Of a stretch of DNA of 64,000 nt, positions 37,070 to 49,349 are shown piece after piece (the stretch's first letter is position 1; the number at the start of each line of letters is the position of its first letter). The position numbers and the translations under genes were made by a program. The DNA comes from Podarcis melisellensis. Lineage: Eukaryota. The notes beneath the pieces were generated by a model. The model did no database searches and was not told where the DNA came from. It was given only the letters and a program-made list of their open reading frames with translations. The stretch lies in the NCBI GenBank assembly GCA_964234715.1, contig OZ174280.1; one strand, 5' to 3'.

Positions 37070-37281
37070 NNNNNNNNNNNNNNNNNNNNNNNNNNNNNNN
37101 NNNNNNNNNNNNNNNNNNNNNNNNNNNNNNNNNNNNNNNNNNNNNNNNNNNNNNNNNNNNNNNNNNNNNNNNNNNNNNNNNNNNNNNNNNNNNNNNNNNN
37201 NNNNNNNNNNNNNNNNNNNNNNNNNNNNNNNNNNNNNNNNNNNNNNNNNNNNNNNNNNNNNNNNNNNNNNNNNNNNNNNNN
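37070..37281. other. Assembly gap (212 N), probably containing CACHD1 exon 15
   Basis: Run of N. The phase mismatch between exons 14 and 16 requires an intervening exon of length 3n+2. Confidence 0.85.
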
Positions 37282-38635
37282 TATGAAAGGTTTAAGAAAG
37301 ACTTCTAGGTTGATAATTTTGTATGTGAGAGAGAGAATATTTTGTGCTGGATTCGTAAAAAGTCTTCGTGGACTAAACAAGCAGAATTCTTCTCTAGTGA
37401 AATAGTATACAGTGATGAATTCAGTATTTTAAATCTGTAGTGGATATCGCACTGGATGCTTGCGTTTTCCAAGATAGCTTCTTTTTCTTGCCCTTCTGTG
37501 CAGCAATGAATAATGAACGCATCTGCATATGGTTACTAAAATCCACCTTCCTCATAAAATCCCTTCCAAGCTTATCTCGTGAGGTTCTCATTATGAATTT
37601 CATATTCTTGTGGCAATCTTGAATCTCACTCTTGCATACAGCAATCCCCCCCCCCCGCCCCCCGGTTCTGGAGATGTCTTATGCTCTTAATTCCACACAT
37701 AAGATTATGCTAGTTTTAACAGTAGTCTATTAATTATGCACAAGCATGGTTTAAGAAAATGTTTTGTGTACACAGTAAATGTGATAATAAACATGAGGGA
37801 ACTCCTGAGTGTGTTACATTCCGTATGCTCTGTTGAAATAAGCCGTCCAGGTGGGGGTTGCAAATCAACCAAGAAACTAGTTTATATACCAAATGCAGGG
37901 TTTCCCCCTCAAGCTATTCACACTGTCAATCACTTCTGTCAAGTCTACTGGCGCGGTTTTCCTCTCGCTCTCTTTTAAATCTGCTCAGTGAGCAAAATAC
38001 AGGAGAAATAAGATAACCATTTTCCAGCTATCCTGTTATTCTACATCTCAAATGTTTGCATTCTCCCCCTCCCCAACAAGAGTGTCTTAAGAAGCTTGTT
38101 ACAATAACCTTGTTTTAATTAGCTGGATAGTCCTACAGTATATTTCACAACCAAGCAGCAGGCCCGAAGGGGCTGTCCCTGCAGCAGCAAGAAATATCAC
38201 AGGAAGTAAAAGCTGCAGATACCTCCAGAAAGGTTTATTTAAACAGCAAATACCCTTCATGTTTTGAGTGCAGAAGTTCATCAAGGGCAAATCTCTGAAA
38301 CAATAACATACATCACCCGTTGCATTTATTTTATTTCTGGAATTTATTTCCTATCATTCTCAAGTATAATCAACGTATGCATGCAAAACCTTTTTTTAAA
38401 AAAACAGTAACTAGAAGTTACTCTTTAAAAAAATGTTGATATAATTTAGGCACATTGGATCCCAAAAGCATAAGCAAGCTAAATTCACTTTGCACATAGT
38501 TCAGGTGTGTGTGTTTTTTAGCAAAATACAGGTTCCATGTGTTTTGCAAACTCCCCACCCCCCCACCCCAGCATTCATTGTTGCCATGCAGAGTTATTTT
38601 ATTACTTTAAATATGCTTATTTTCCTTTCTCTTAG

Positions 38636-38746
38636 GTACCTACATGCTGTGGCAAATCCAGGATTAATTACTTTCACTGGGCCCTACTTAGATGTTGGAG
38701 GAGCTGGTTATGTGGTTACCATCAGTCATACGGTTCATTCTTCAAG
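38636..38746 (+). CDS. CACHD1: CACHD1 exon 16
   Basis: cttag|G acceptor, AG|gtaga donor, 111 nt. [36 protein letters not shown]. Confidence 0.96.
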
Positions 38747-39612
38747 GTAGATTTGTTTTTGGTAGTGACCAACGTCCTTGAGCCACAATTAAACCTGGCT
38801 AATATTTTATGTAAGAATCTCCTCAGATTCAACTTCCTGGAGGAGTAGCTATGTATCCAAGCTCTAGTTCAAGGGAACTAAACCATGCAGAGTGTATTTT
38901 GGTGGCATCTGAAAACATAGGCTATTAGACTTTTTGAACGCTTTAGTTTTTGTATAGCAAGTCTATATAATGCAAGAGGTGATGAAGCTAGATAATAGTA
39001 GAAGAGGCAGTGGATGCTTGGTGTCAGTGTGGTGTGTTTTCATTTTATTTTTACCTAGCTATTTAGTTAATTTTGTGTTTATAGACTTGTTAAGGTGCAC
39101 AGAGGTTGTGTGCGCAAGTTTGCATTCCCCATCCCCTATCCAATAGATGAGTTGCTACTTCTATGGCATGGATGCTTCTTCCATGTGGTTAGGGTGCCAT
39201 ATTGCAGCAGTTGGTGACAGGCTAGTGTGTTATTGTAGGGCGAGAGTTACACTTTGGTCAGGGAGAGCCCCATGCAGCCATGAAATTTTACCCAAGAATT
39301 ATTTAAGAACTCACATGTGAAACTGCTGATCTTCTAACAAAGCTGTGTAACTTGAGCCAAAAATCAGTCTCCATACCTGAGGATAGGAAAGTGGGCAAAG
39401 TAACATTTTTAAGGGATCTAAGGAGGATCTGGATAATTACAGGTTGGTTAGCTTTTAATGGCTGTTCTGAGAAAGCTGTGGAAAGCATTATTAAACATTG
39501 AATTACCAAGCATGTAGGCGAATAATCTTGCTGAAGCAGATCCAGGATTGCTTGTGCGAGGGTAAGCCCTGTCTCACTAACCTAGAAATAAGAGGGAAGA
39601 TCCTCTTATGAA

Positions 39613-39994
39613 CATAGGAGCCAACTCCTAAGGACTGAAGTCCCCCCCATAAATTATTTGAGGGGGCGGCCCCCACAAAGTTGATGGGTATTGCCATTCA
39701 AATGGTGTGTATGTGTTATAGCTGTCAACTTTCAGATTTGAAAATAAGGGTTTAGCAGCCTTGAAAATAAGGGATCAGCAGCCTCACCTATCCCGGGGAC
39801 AGTCTACGGGATATCTAACAATCCTGCATAGTAGCGGGAAGCAGCGGGAAATGGCGCTGGATAAGGGAATTTCCTGCAAAAAAAGGGAAGGTTTACAGCT
39901 ATGGTATGTGTGTGCCACGTCTTATGGCTGATTATGCGGGGTGGGGCTTACCTCACCCCTCCCTCCCAATATTTTGTTCAATTGGGCACCCCTG
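39613..39994. mobile_element. Non-autonomous hAT (outer)
   Basis: Perfect 8-bp TSD CTTATGAA (39605-39612, 39995-40002). Imperfect TIRs CATAGGAGCCAA / TTGGGCACCCCTG. Confidence 0.8.
39717..39903. mobile_element. Non-autonomous hAT (inner, nested)
   Basis: TIRs TATAGCTGTCAAC / GTTTACAGCTATG. Perfect 8-bp TSD GTATGTGT. Confidence 0.88.
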
Positions 39995-41099
39995 CTTATG
40001 AATCAGTAACTGGTTCAGAAACAGGAAGCAGAGAATAGGAATAAATGGACAGCTCTCCCAATGGAAAGGGTGTAAAAAATATTGTGGATCAAATTCATGT
40101 GTTCACAAATGATATGGGCTTAGGGGGCAGCAGTAAGGTGGCCAAGTTTGCAGATGATGCCTCGAGGTTGTTAAAACAAAAAGGGATTGCATGGAGCTCA
40201 AAAGGATATCTTGAAGCTTTTACTGATTTTATTCTCATATATTATACTCCCCCTTGAAATGTTTTTCATAAAAGTGTGGATTATAAATACGTACATAAAC
40301 AAACAAACAAAATATATAGTACAGGTGGGAAAATGGTACCAGATTTCTGAGAACAGGGAGATGGTCCCCCCCCCCACCTTCTAAATATTATTGTGAAAAA
40401 TATGCCAGTATAGGCTCTCGGAGACTGTGTTTTATGGCCCTTTGATGTGTCAGTTGCTAAGGCAACAATATGTAGTCTTGAGCTGAGGAGCAAAATAGGG
40501 GTATCAGCAGACCTCCACATATGGGCAAGATGTTATCATTTATTCACAGCGGCTCTCACTACTTCTGCATCTTTTAAGCTTTAACATACACAACACATAC
40601 CAAATGACCATACTGTCTCCAGTTTAAATTATCATGATTGCGCCCAGCTAATGTTGGCTGTCCTCAAAATTTTATTTTTCTTGTGTTAGAGGGTTTTTGT
40701 TCTGATAAAGTAAGATTCCCCAGCTTCCATTAAAAAGGGGGGGACCCCACTTCCTCATTGTTGGGGTGGGGGTAATATTGAAAAACAGAATAATTGACAC
40801 ATTGGATGAAGAGAATGAGAGGGCATATTGGCAAATTGGCAGTATTTAATTCAGGTAGTGGAATGCTAAAAGATGCACTGAATTAACCTAGGGCAGTTCC
40901 ACACAATCAGGGTTCTTTAAGGAGTGGTGGAGGTGCTTGGCACAATGTTTGTTTCTTATTTGAAATTTATGGTTCACATACTACATGTGGCTGGTCAGTC
41001 GTTCTCAGACTACTGGGAAGTAGATCTGATCATGGGCTAGAATTTGAGACCCATTTCTCTCTCCCCCTCCCCCATTTGTCACATGTAAAGGGATAATGT

Positions 41100-41610
41100 G
41101 AGAGCCAGTTTGGCATCATGGTTAGAATCTCAGACTGGAATGATCCCCACTTAACTCCCTGGGTCTCCTTGGACCAGTCACTATTTCTCATCCTGTTTTG
41201 ACTTCTGAATACAGCATGGTTTTGTTCTGTATATTTTTTTGGTGTTTGCTCTGAAACTCAACAAAAATTACATTTAAAAACTTATTTCTCACCCTAGCTT
41301 AACCTCCTAGGAGTAGCACCTTAAAAACCCAACACATTATTTGTGGCATAAACTTTCATGAGCTGGAGACCACTTCATCAGATGCATGGAGTGTGATCAT
41401 CAGCTGGCAGATATGTATCCATGTGATTGTAGAACAGGGGGCCGGGAGGGTAAATAATGAGATCGGAAGTAAATATCGCACACAAAGTGCAGACAGTAAC
41501 AGTTGCCTTAAAGCTTAAGCTCACAGGGTTATTGAGAAGGTAAAATGGGGATGGAGAACCACACATACCACCTTGAGTTCCATGGAGGAAAGATGGGTTA
41601 TAAATGCAGT
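41100..41610 (+). mobile_element. Squam3-like SINE split by two later insertions
   Basis: Head 41100-41190, middle 41283-41306 and tail 41512-41610 reconstruct a copy similar to 17990-18227. Confidence 0.7.
41307..41511. mobile_element. Penelope-like fragment
   Basis: gagtagcaccttaaaaacccaacacattatttgtggcataaactttcatgag...cacttcatcagatgcat resembles the reptile Penelope/Neptune terminal repeat. Flanks AGCTTAACCTC/AGCTTAAGCTC. Confidence 0.65.
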
Positions 41611-44114
41611 ACTGTCACGTGGGCAGTGGGTACCGCTGAAGTGGGAAGAAACTGAGAAGACTAGCCTGTGATCTTGATTCTCCAGGATCTTTAGGTCTTA
41701 TTCTGTCCATCCTGGACCCATGCTGGAGTGTTCCCATAACTGTTTTTTAAAAGCTGGCTGGAATGAACAGCAGCACAGTTAGCATAGGATGGTGTGCCTA
41801 CAAAATCCAGAAAGATGCTGGTTGTGCCTAAACAGGTGGGAATCTTTGCAACCAACAGAGGGCCAAGAAACCGAAATGTATATTCAGCTGGCAGTGTAAC
41901 AAATCCCCCGTGGATATGAATTTCATATTCCCGGCGTGCCTCATCTAGAGGTTCATGCTTAACACAAAGATCAAGAGGTCGCAGATGGAGTGGTCCCTTT
42001 GGGAGAAATGTTTGTCCATCGACAAGCTGCTTCTCTCCATACTAATTTTGCCGTGCGGCTCTATTATCCATTTCAAAGGCTGCTTGGTTTCATCCAGGGC
42101 CGGATCATTTGGTGCACAGTATTACATCCAAGTTTACACTATAGCATGAAACCTGCTTACGTTGAAGTGTTCCGACTTAACTGGTTTGTGGGTAAATTAT
42201 ACTTTCTGAAAGGATTAGTTTGCAGTAAAGGGGCTAATTTCATGGATTTTTAACAATAAGCAATGAAGTAACTATTGCATCCCAGCTCTTATTAATCATA
42301 CATTTTTTCTGCTACAAGAAAAAATGAATAAAAATGTATTTTCAGAAAACGTAATTTATCCACAAAGCAGTTAAGTCGGAACACTTCAATGTAAGCTGAT
42401 TTATTTTAGGCTGAAGTCCAAGTTTTCTGACCTAGATGGTGGGTCACGCTGTGTCCATATTCATTTTAAACCTAAACCTTTCAAATGGGAATTAGAAGAA
42501 AACTCTAATGGGGGGGAAATGACCTTTCAGCTTCTTGGAATTTTAACATCTTTACAGGGAATTCATATTCCCTTTCTCATGATGGAAGGATAAGTGAAAA
42601 GCTGTGAAGAATTTTAATAAGCAGAAGGTCTGAAGGCCACGCAGTTCCCCAGAAGCTGAAAGGAATCTGATCCTTTAAACAGCATCTATCCACAGAAGGC
42701 AGAAGTATTTCTGTAGCTTCTGCAATGCTTCAGGGGACCTGCAGGCCTGTGATGAGCCAAGGGATTTGTTGTTGGTTTTTTGTTTACCATTCAGGATTTT
42801 TAAAAAGTTGATCTAGCACTGCTGTATTTTAATGAAAACCAGCACTGGTATTATTAAAAAGACCAAAAAAAAATTTTTATGACTGATTGTTATGTGTCCT
42901 TGGTACTTTAACGTAGTGGCTCCGCTGTGCTTTCGTAAGGAGAATGTTTCGGTACAGATCGTATTTTGAAGCAAAACAACATGTTATAAACAATTGGTGT
43001 GTGACTTTCAGATGCAAAGAATGCTGAAATGCTCCAGTTCATTGTATACTGCCAAAGAATACAAACTAAATTGTGGTTCAGATTTTGAGTGTTGCTGCCT
43101 CACCCTCTGGACTTAGCTGCCAGATAGATACAAAATGGTGTTTCCTCTGTTAACGTTTAGGCATGGCCCATTCTCACAAGAATTTTCATTAAGTTAATTG
43201 CACCTGGCTCGCTTTCGTAACTCCTTGTCCAGTAAGAGCGGAAGTGTTTTAAACATATGCATACATTTATGCAGTTCAACAATCAGAATCTTCTAGAAAG
43301 TTCAATTAAGAGACATATCAGCTTACTTGCCTACTTACTTGACTTGCATTTATCTACTTTTATATTTATCAATGATATGGAAGATTCTGAGTTACATTAG
43401 TCATGATTCGCAGGAATCTTAATCCAGCTTTATGAATGTGGAACTCAACAGTATGATTTGTTAAGGTGCTGAACATCACAATGAGAATGGTGTCATACTT
43501 TACTTTTGGTCATTTATTATGCTGCTCTTACACTTTCCAAGCATGTTGTAGGATGGAAGTGATAGGAGGTGCAAAATTTTAATTTGCTAAAGTCTTTTTT
43601 AAAAAGTCAGGTATGGACCAATGAGATTCAAGTTCACAATTCTCGAGAAACTTAAGTTCCTCATGGCTTTCTCATATCTGATATTGTTTTCTGTCAAAAT
43701 TGGAAGGAAATGGGCAAAAACAAAGACCTGACCCTTAATCGCGTCACCTACAAATGCACTACTTCCTTACCCTAACGTGCAAGTTTACTGTTTTTGCCCA
43801 TTGAAAATTGTGGTATTTCATAGAGTAGAATTGTTTACCACCATGTGTATTTACCTGAGATATGTATGTTAGTTGCTCTTTCTGTTAAGTATTTTACCTA
43901 ACTCTGAGGGGGGAATTGGTTGTCTCTGTGATCTAGTGAGAGGCCATTATCATTGTTCATGAGCTCATGGAGCAGGCTGATTCCTCACCGATTCAGAATC
44001 CATAGTCTGCTTTTCATTTGACATGTCCATGACAACTATAAAATATAAAATGTTTTGGTTATTTTTTTGATAGCGTGTTTCTCAAGACTTTTCCACCCCT
44101 CTTTATTGTTGTAG

Positions 44115-44237
44115 TTCACAAAAGTCTTCAGGCCATTCGGTTGCTGTGATGGGCATTGATTTCACTCTGAGGTATTTCTACAAGGTTCTAATGGACCTGC
44201 TACCTGTTTGCAACCAAGATGAAGGGAATAAAATAAG
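44115..44237 (+). CDS. CACHD1: CACHD1 exon 17
   Basis: tgtag|T acceptor, AG|gtaaa donor, 123 nt. SQKSSGHSVAVMGIDFTLRYFYKVLMDLLPVCNQDEGNKI. Confidence 0.95.
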
Positions 44238-45769
44238 GTAAATGTGTGTTAGTTGCATATTTCACAATGTTTTACCTGTTTTAGAATTCTGTTCAATAAA
44301 GTCTCTCACTCAACACTTTTTTAAAAAAACCAACACATTGCATTGCAACCTTAAATTCATTATCCTTGTCAAATCTGTTGAAATCTAGAAGCAGAATCAT
44401 GTTGAATGTGTGAAGCTCTTAACCGCTGAATTGCTACAAAAAGTAACCATTTTAATCTGTAGTAGCGGGAAGATAGAATGCAGAGCACCACAGAGATTAA
44501 TTGGTTAACAGTGACAAGTGCTTTCATAAACCACTAACTTCGTTATCTAATATATGACATTAAACTATCTTCAAACAGCTTAATATTGTTGACCTGCACC
44601 AAAGATGTTAACCCTTGTCTCTAAGCTTGGACAAAACAGAAAAAAGCTAGTTAATTGGAGATTTCCTGGTTTGTTTGGCGGTTTCTTAAGTCAACATGTG
44701 ATCACCCAAACACTCTCCTATTGTTTTTTGGCTGCTATCTTAGATTATGCTAAGTTAAGTATCCAAACACCTGGTCTCTCCATCAGAGAAATTGTGTTTG
44801 GACAGTTGTAGTTGCTTAATAAAAGGAGATAGGAATGAGCCTTTTGTGCCCAGCTTCTTTGCTGCTCCCTTCATGTGAGCCAGCAAAAAAGGTAGGAAGA
44901 CTTCAATTAACTGCAGTTTCCTGTTTCATCCATACTGAGGAATTAAAACAGGATATTAAGCCAAATCATAGCTTAATATCCTGGCATGTTCTGAAGCTGT
45001 TAACCATGGTTTGTCTCTTTGGATGAAACAGAAGACTATAGCTAATAGAAAATTTCCTGAGTTGTTCATTCCCTTGCACAAAGGTGGGGGGAAAGCGTTG
45101 TGTTCACACCCAGAAGGCCCATTCATATCTTGACTCATTCTCTACTCCTGCCTTCTGGTTTGCTCTCCAATCCTGATTACTTCTTGGTCTTGACTCCTGA
45201 CATTTTCTCTGACTCTACTCTCTTGTTGCCCATGGTTTCTGATTACCTTTGGGTCCTGGCTACTAGCTATCAACACCTGGCTCTTAAATACCTTCAGAAT
45301 GGTCCCTCAAAAGTCTCAAAAAGCAGAGTTCTGTGGGCAATGCTCTTGAAAATTTAAAACTCTGTACCATTATAATCCAAACACCAGCGAAAAGTAGATT
45401 TTTGGTGACCTGTATGTTATGAAAGTTAAGCTCATTTTCATGTATTTGTTTATTTTGCTTGTGTTAGTTGTGGTGATGGGGGAGAAGCAGTGTAGGGCAC
45501 TGAATTTCCAGTGGCTTCAGAAACTTCGCTTACCATTTAGCTGCATATATTTCGTGACAGATTTTCATGATTTTCAGACATGCAAGACTACAAAGTCTCT
45601 GCTTCAGTGAACAAACAGAAATGTGCAGAATGCACATCGTACCAAAGTCTGTGATTTGTATTTGTCTCCACAGCTGTTTCTGCAAAATTGCTCTCAACAT
45701 ACAACATGCTAAATGTACTTTTATAGGTATTCTGACCTAGGTTTCATTTTATTGTACCCTGTTGGGCAG

Positions 45770-45869
45770 GTGCTTTATTATGGAGGACAGAGGATATCTT
45801 GTGGCACACCCTACTCTTATTGACCCCAAAGGCCATGCTCCAGTAGAACAACAACACATTACACACAAG
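45770..45869 (+). CDS. CACHD1: CACHD1 exon 18
   Basis: gcag|G acceptor, AAG|gtttg donor, 100 nt. CFIMEDRGYLVAHPTLIDPKGHAPVEQQHITHK. Confidence 0.95.
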
Positions 45870-45996
45870 GTTTGGCTAAGTCATTGTACTTATCTCTGTC
45901 AATCAATCTATCATCTATCTAGAGGGATATAAATGTTAATTTAGCAACTGCTGTTGCTTTGTAAAATAAAATAAAATCTTTACTTTTTATGTGCAG

Positions 45997-46113
45997 GAAC
46001 CTCTGGTGGCAAATGATATTCTAAACCATCCAAACTTTGTGAAGAAAAACCTTTGTAACAGTTTCAGTGACAGAACAGTCCAGAGGTTTTATAAATTTAA
46101 TACCAGCCTGACG
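45997..46113 (+). CDS. CACHD1: CACHD1 exon 19
   Basis: tgcag|GAA acceptor, ACG|gtatg donor, 117 nt. [39 protein letters not shown]. Confidence 0.96.
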
Positions 46114-47016
46114 GTATGTGTGGCGTGTGGGAGGGGAGATGTATGTGTGTTTTTGTTTGGCAGTTTGTTTTCTTGCAGCTGGATAATAGTAAAATACCAT
46201 GAGTGGAATTCAATACCACACTACTGTGACAGTGACAGTTCTATTGGCACAAGTGTTGCTACTTGTCCAAAGGAGCGATCTCCCCTATCATCTCCCCGTG
46301 TGCTGTTCTGTTCCAACCAATTTGGGGAGGCTGGGGGGGGGGTATTGTAATTTTACAGTAGCTTCACATAAACTTGAAACACACACACACAAAAAAAAAA
46401 ACAGAACAGAGGTGGCTGGTTACTCAGGAACAGTACCTTTTTGTGTTCACCCCAAAATCCAAAGCTGTCTCCCCTCCTGCACACACTCATATTCATTAAC
46501 TTCCCATAATTCCTGTCCATAAACTCCACTAGCCAATCACAGTTGTGAACAGTACAGTCAGTCAGAAGCATCACTGTGGCTAGCAGGTCCAACCATCATC
46601 CTTGTCCTCTAGGTTGGCGGGGGCAGGGCGGGGTTGAACTTGAGGAGGAGGAGGAGTCTCTCAGCCTAACCTCCCTCACAGTGTTGAGTTCAGTTAGATT
46701 CACGGCTTAAACGTCCACAGTAACTTTGCAAAGAAGCAGGTTGAGGAGAAAACCAGACCAAACTGGTCCAGCCTCCAGTGCCCCCTTGGTCACCCCTCAA
46801 GGTCCAGCCACCACTGAACCCAGCTCTCAAAAAGAAACTGCATAATTTGGTTTTGCTTATAATAACCCTTTTTTAAATGATTAAAATGGATGGTGGGTTC
46901 TGATAACTAGTTTGGTGATGAGTGGATACTTTTAAATCTTTCATGATAACTGAGGAAATAGTATAAACTTAGTTCACGGGGGGTGGGGGTAGGAATCAAC
47001 AGGGTTAAAATGAATA

Positions 47017-47224
47017 CAGGGATACCTCGGGTTAAGAACTTAATTCGTTCTGGAGGTCCATTCTTAACCTGAAACTGTTCTTAACCTGAAGCACCACTTT
47101 AGCTAATGGGGCCACCGCTGCGTGATTTCTGTTCTCACCCTGAAGCAAAGTTCTTAACCCAAGGTACTATTTCTGGGTTAGCGGAGTCTGTAACCTGAAG
47201 CGTCTGTAACCCGAGGTACCACTG
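47017..47224. mobile_element. Tigger/pogo-like MITE
   Basis: TA-CAGGGATACCTCGGGTTA...TAACCCGAGGTACCACTG-TA, with repeated ttcttaacc motifs. Confidence 0.88.
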
Positions 47225-47594
47225 TACTCAGAAAACAAAGATTTTGATATTGTGGATTCTGTTTCCACCTCCTGTTTAACCTTTCTATAAGAAGTAAAGG
47301 AAGACACTCCAGGTGTCTTCTTTACTAACCGGTATTTATTGGTGAGTGAGGAAATCTTCAAGAAGTGTATCCCTTAACAACCCCTTTGAGGCATATGAAG
47401 GGGGCTTTGTGTGTTGGTAGCACTTTTCCTGCGCCAGTAACAAGAACTACGCAACCCTAAGTAGAGGGAACCCTGTAGGTTTTCATTGCAGGGTGACTTT
47501 TTTGTTTCAGAAACATTTGTGGTAGTAGTAACACTTCACCTCACCAGGAGACATGTTCCCTGCCATATGTCTGATGCGTTTTCCTCTCCTTTAG

Positions 47595-47755
47595 GGTGAT
47601 CTGACAAATCTCGTGCATGGCAGCCACTGTTCCAAATACAGGCTGACAAGGATACCTGGAACCAATGCCTTTGTTGGAATCGTAAATGAAACGTGTGACT
47701 CGCTTGCCTTCTGTGCCTGCAGTATGGTAGATAGGCTCTGTCTGAACTGTCACAG
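47595..47755 (+). CDS. CACHD1: CACHD1 exon 20
   Basis: tttag|GGT acceptor, AG|gtaag donor, 161 nt. GDLTNLVHGSHCSKYRLTRIPGTNAFVGIVNETCDSLAFCACSMVDRLCLNCH. Confidence 0.96.
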
Positions 47756-48522
47756 GTAAGAGAATTTTTTTTTTTTACATCCGCTGTAGTGATTGGATTA
47801 GATTTATCCAAAGTGGAGGCCTTAGCTAATGTGCATTAAAGAAAAAAAGTCATTGAATGAACCATGTGTGAATTGCAGAGGAGTATTTTAAATCTTGTTT
47901 ATGTAAAAAGCTTTGCACACTTCTTATTTTTGTGCACTGTAATACTTGAAGTGCCTCATGTTTGAGGCATCTGTTGAAACACAAGCGAAAGTATCCCTGG
48001 ATACCTGGTTGCTGTGTCTCCCTTTTCCTTCCAGAGTAACAGTGGCTACTATTCCCTCTAACTATGTATTTAAGAAATGATGGCACCTTTACTGTTGTAC
48101 CTGCCCAAGCATCGAAAGCTGCAGCCTAGTCATATTGACTGTGGAGGTAGAATTCCCACCTGTTGCATCAAAGGAACAGGAATGCCATCTACTTAATCTT
48201 GCCTGCTGGGCAGGTAGCCACTGGATTGGCATATCTGAGCTCTGCTTCCTGCTGGGAAAGGCTCAGCTGCTTGTGGAAGAAACCAGGCTTTCCCCTTTAC
48301 TGCTACATATTTGCACACTCCGGAGGAATTTGGGAGTAGTCTTTTAGTCAGCACTGTGATCTTTTAGGAATGAGATTTGCCTCTTAATATGAAGCAGAGT
48401 TTGGTTCTACATAAGTGTAGCTTCCTTAGTGCCTATGAATTCTTACCTGTCCCTGATACCTTCTGAGTATCCAGACTCTTTCATTAGTATTGTTAGAGAG
48501 AGTGTATTGTTACAAAAGACAC

Positions 48523-48525
<3 letters not shown>

Positions 48526-48556
<31 letters not shown>
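48526..48556. repeat. (CA)n microsatellite
   Basis: AC run. Confidence 0.9.
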
Positions 48557-48558
<2 letters not shown>

Positions 48559-48732
48559 GGCACAGAACAAACCACATGGGTAATACACAGATAAGTAATA
48601 ACAGTGTATAAGGCATCATTGTCATGACAAAATTTCACACATTGGTAATTATAGAAAGAATTATATGTATCCATTGTAGTAGCAGCATATGAAATAAAAT
48701 TCCACCAATGGGGTAGAAGTGTTCTGGATTTC

Positions 48733-48968
48733 TTTTCTTTTTTAAAATATATTTTTATTGAGTTTTACATTGCAAATTTAAATTCAAACATTAAACATCA
48801 TCATCATCATCATTTAGGATTTCCTGAATCCTTTGACTCCCCTTCGCCCTTCCGTGGTTTCCATTATCAATCTTTTTTCAACTGCTTCCCTTATTTTCTC
48901 TATTTTTAAAAAATAATCCGTTTTTACCATAGTTTTTTGTACATTACAAGCATTACTGAAATCCTGCC
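48733..48968 (-). mobile_element. L1-type retrotransposon 3' end
   Basis: Perfect 18-bp TSD AGAAGTGTTCTGGATTTC (48715-48732, 48969-48986). Antisense poly(A) and AATAAA (tttatt). Confidence 0.8.
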
Positions 48969-49349
48969 AGAAGTGTTCTGGATTTCAGATCCACTGGAGA
49001 CTTTCAGATTGTGAGTTACTTGCTAAGTTCCATACAGTTTTGTACCATAATAATAAGTGATGCTTTCCATTTTTGCACTACAGAAATCCTTGCCGCAGCC
49101 AACAGCCATGTTAAAAGCTCTCTTGAACAAAACTGGTTGTTAGTATTCTTCAGTCTTGTGCACATTACCTATGTGAATTAACCTACCCGGCTAACTCAGT
49201 TCAGTTTAACTCAGAGGAAAATGCTCATTCAGCGTAAAACTTTATGTGTTTCTGAGGGTTGATGAACGTTTTATTTATTTGTATCTATCATTTAATAGCT
49301 GTTGTGTTTTGAATCTTCACTTAACAGCTAGATTTTGCCTCATGCATCC

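Larger units (their letters stand above)
39285..40212 (+). mobile_element. Decayed CR1 RT region, interrupted by hAT elements
   Basis: DLLTKLCNLSQKSVSIPED..., GKPCLTNL, IRGKILL*|ISNWFRNRKQRIGING, FTNDMGLGGSSKVAKFADD. Confidence 0.8.

Noticed and set aside
36280-38635. CACHD1 as a frameshifted pseudogene or true exon loss
   Set aside because: All 24 visible exons are intact with canonical splice sites, and the gap size and flank fit the missing exon.
47030-47215. CRISPR-like spaced repeats (ttcttaacc)
   Set aside because: Short subterminal motifs of a eukaryotic MITE with irregular spacing, and no cas genes.
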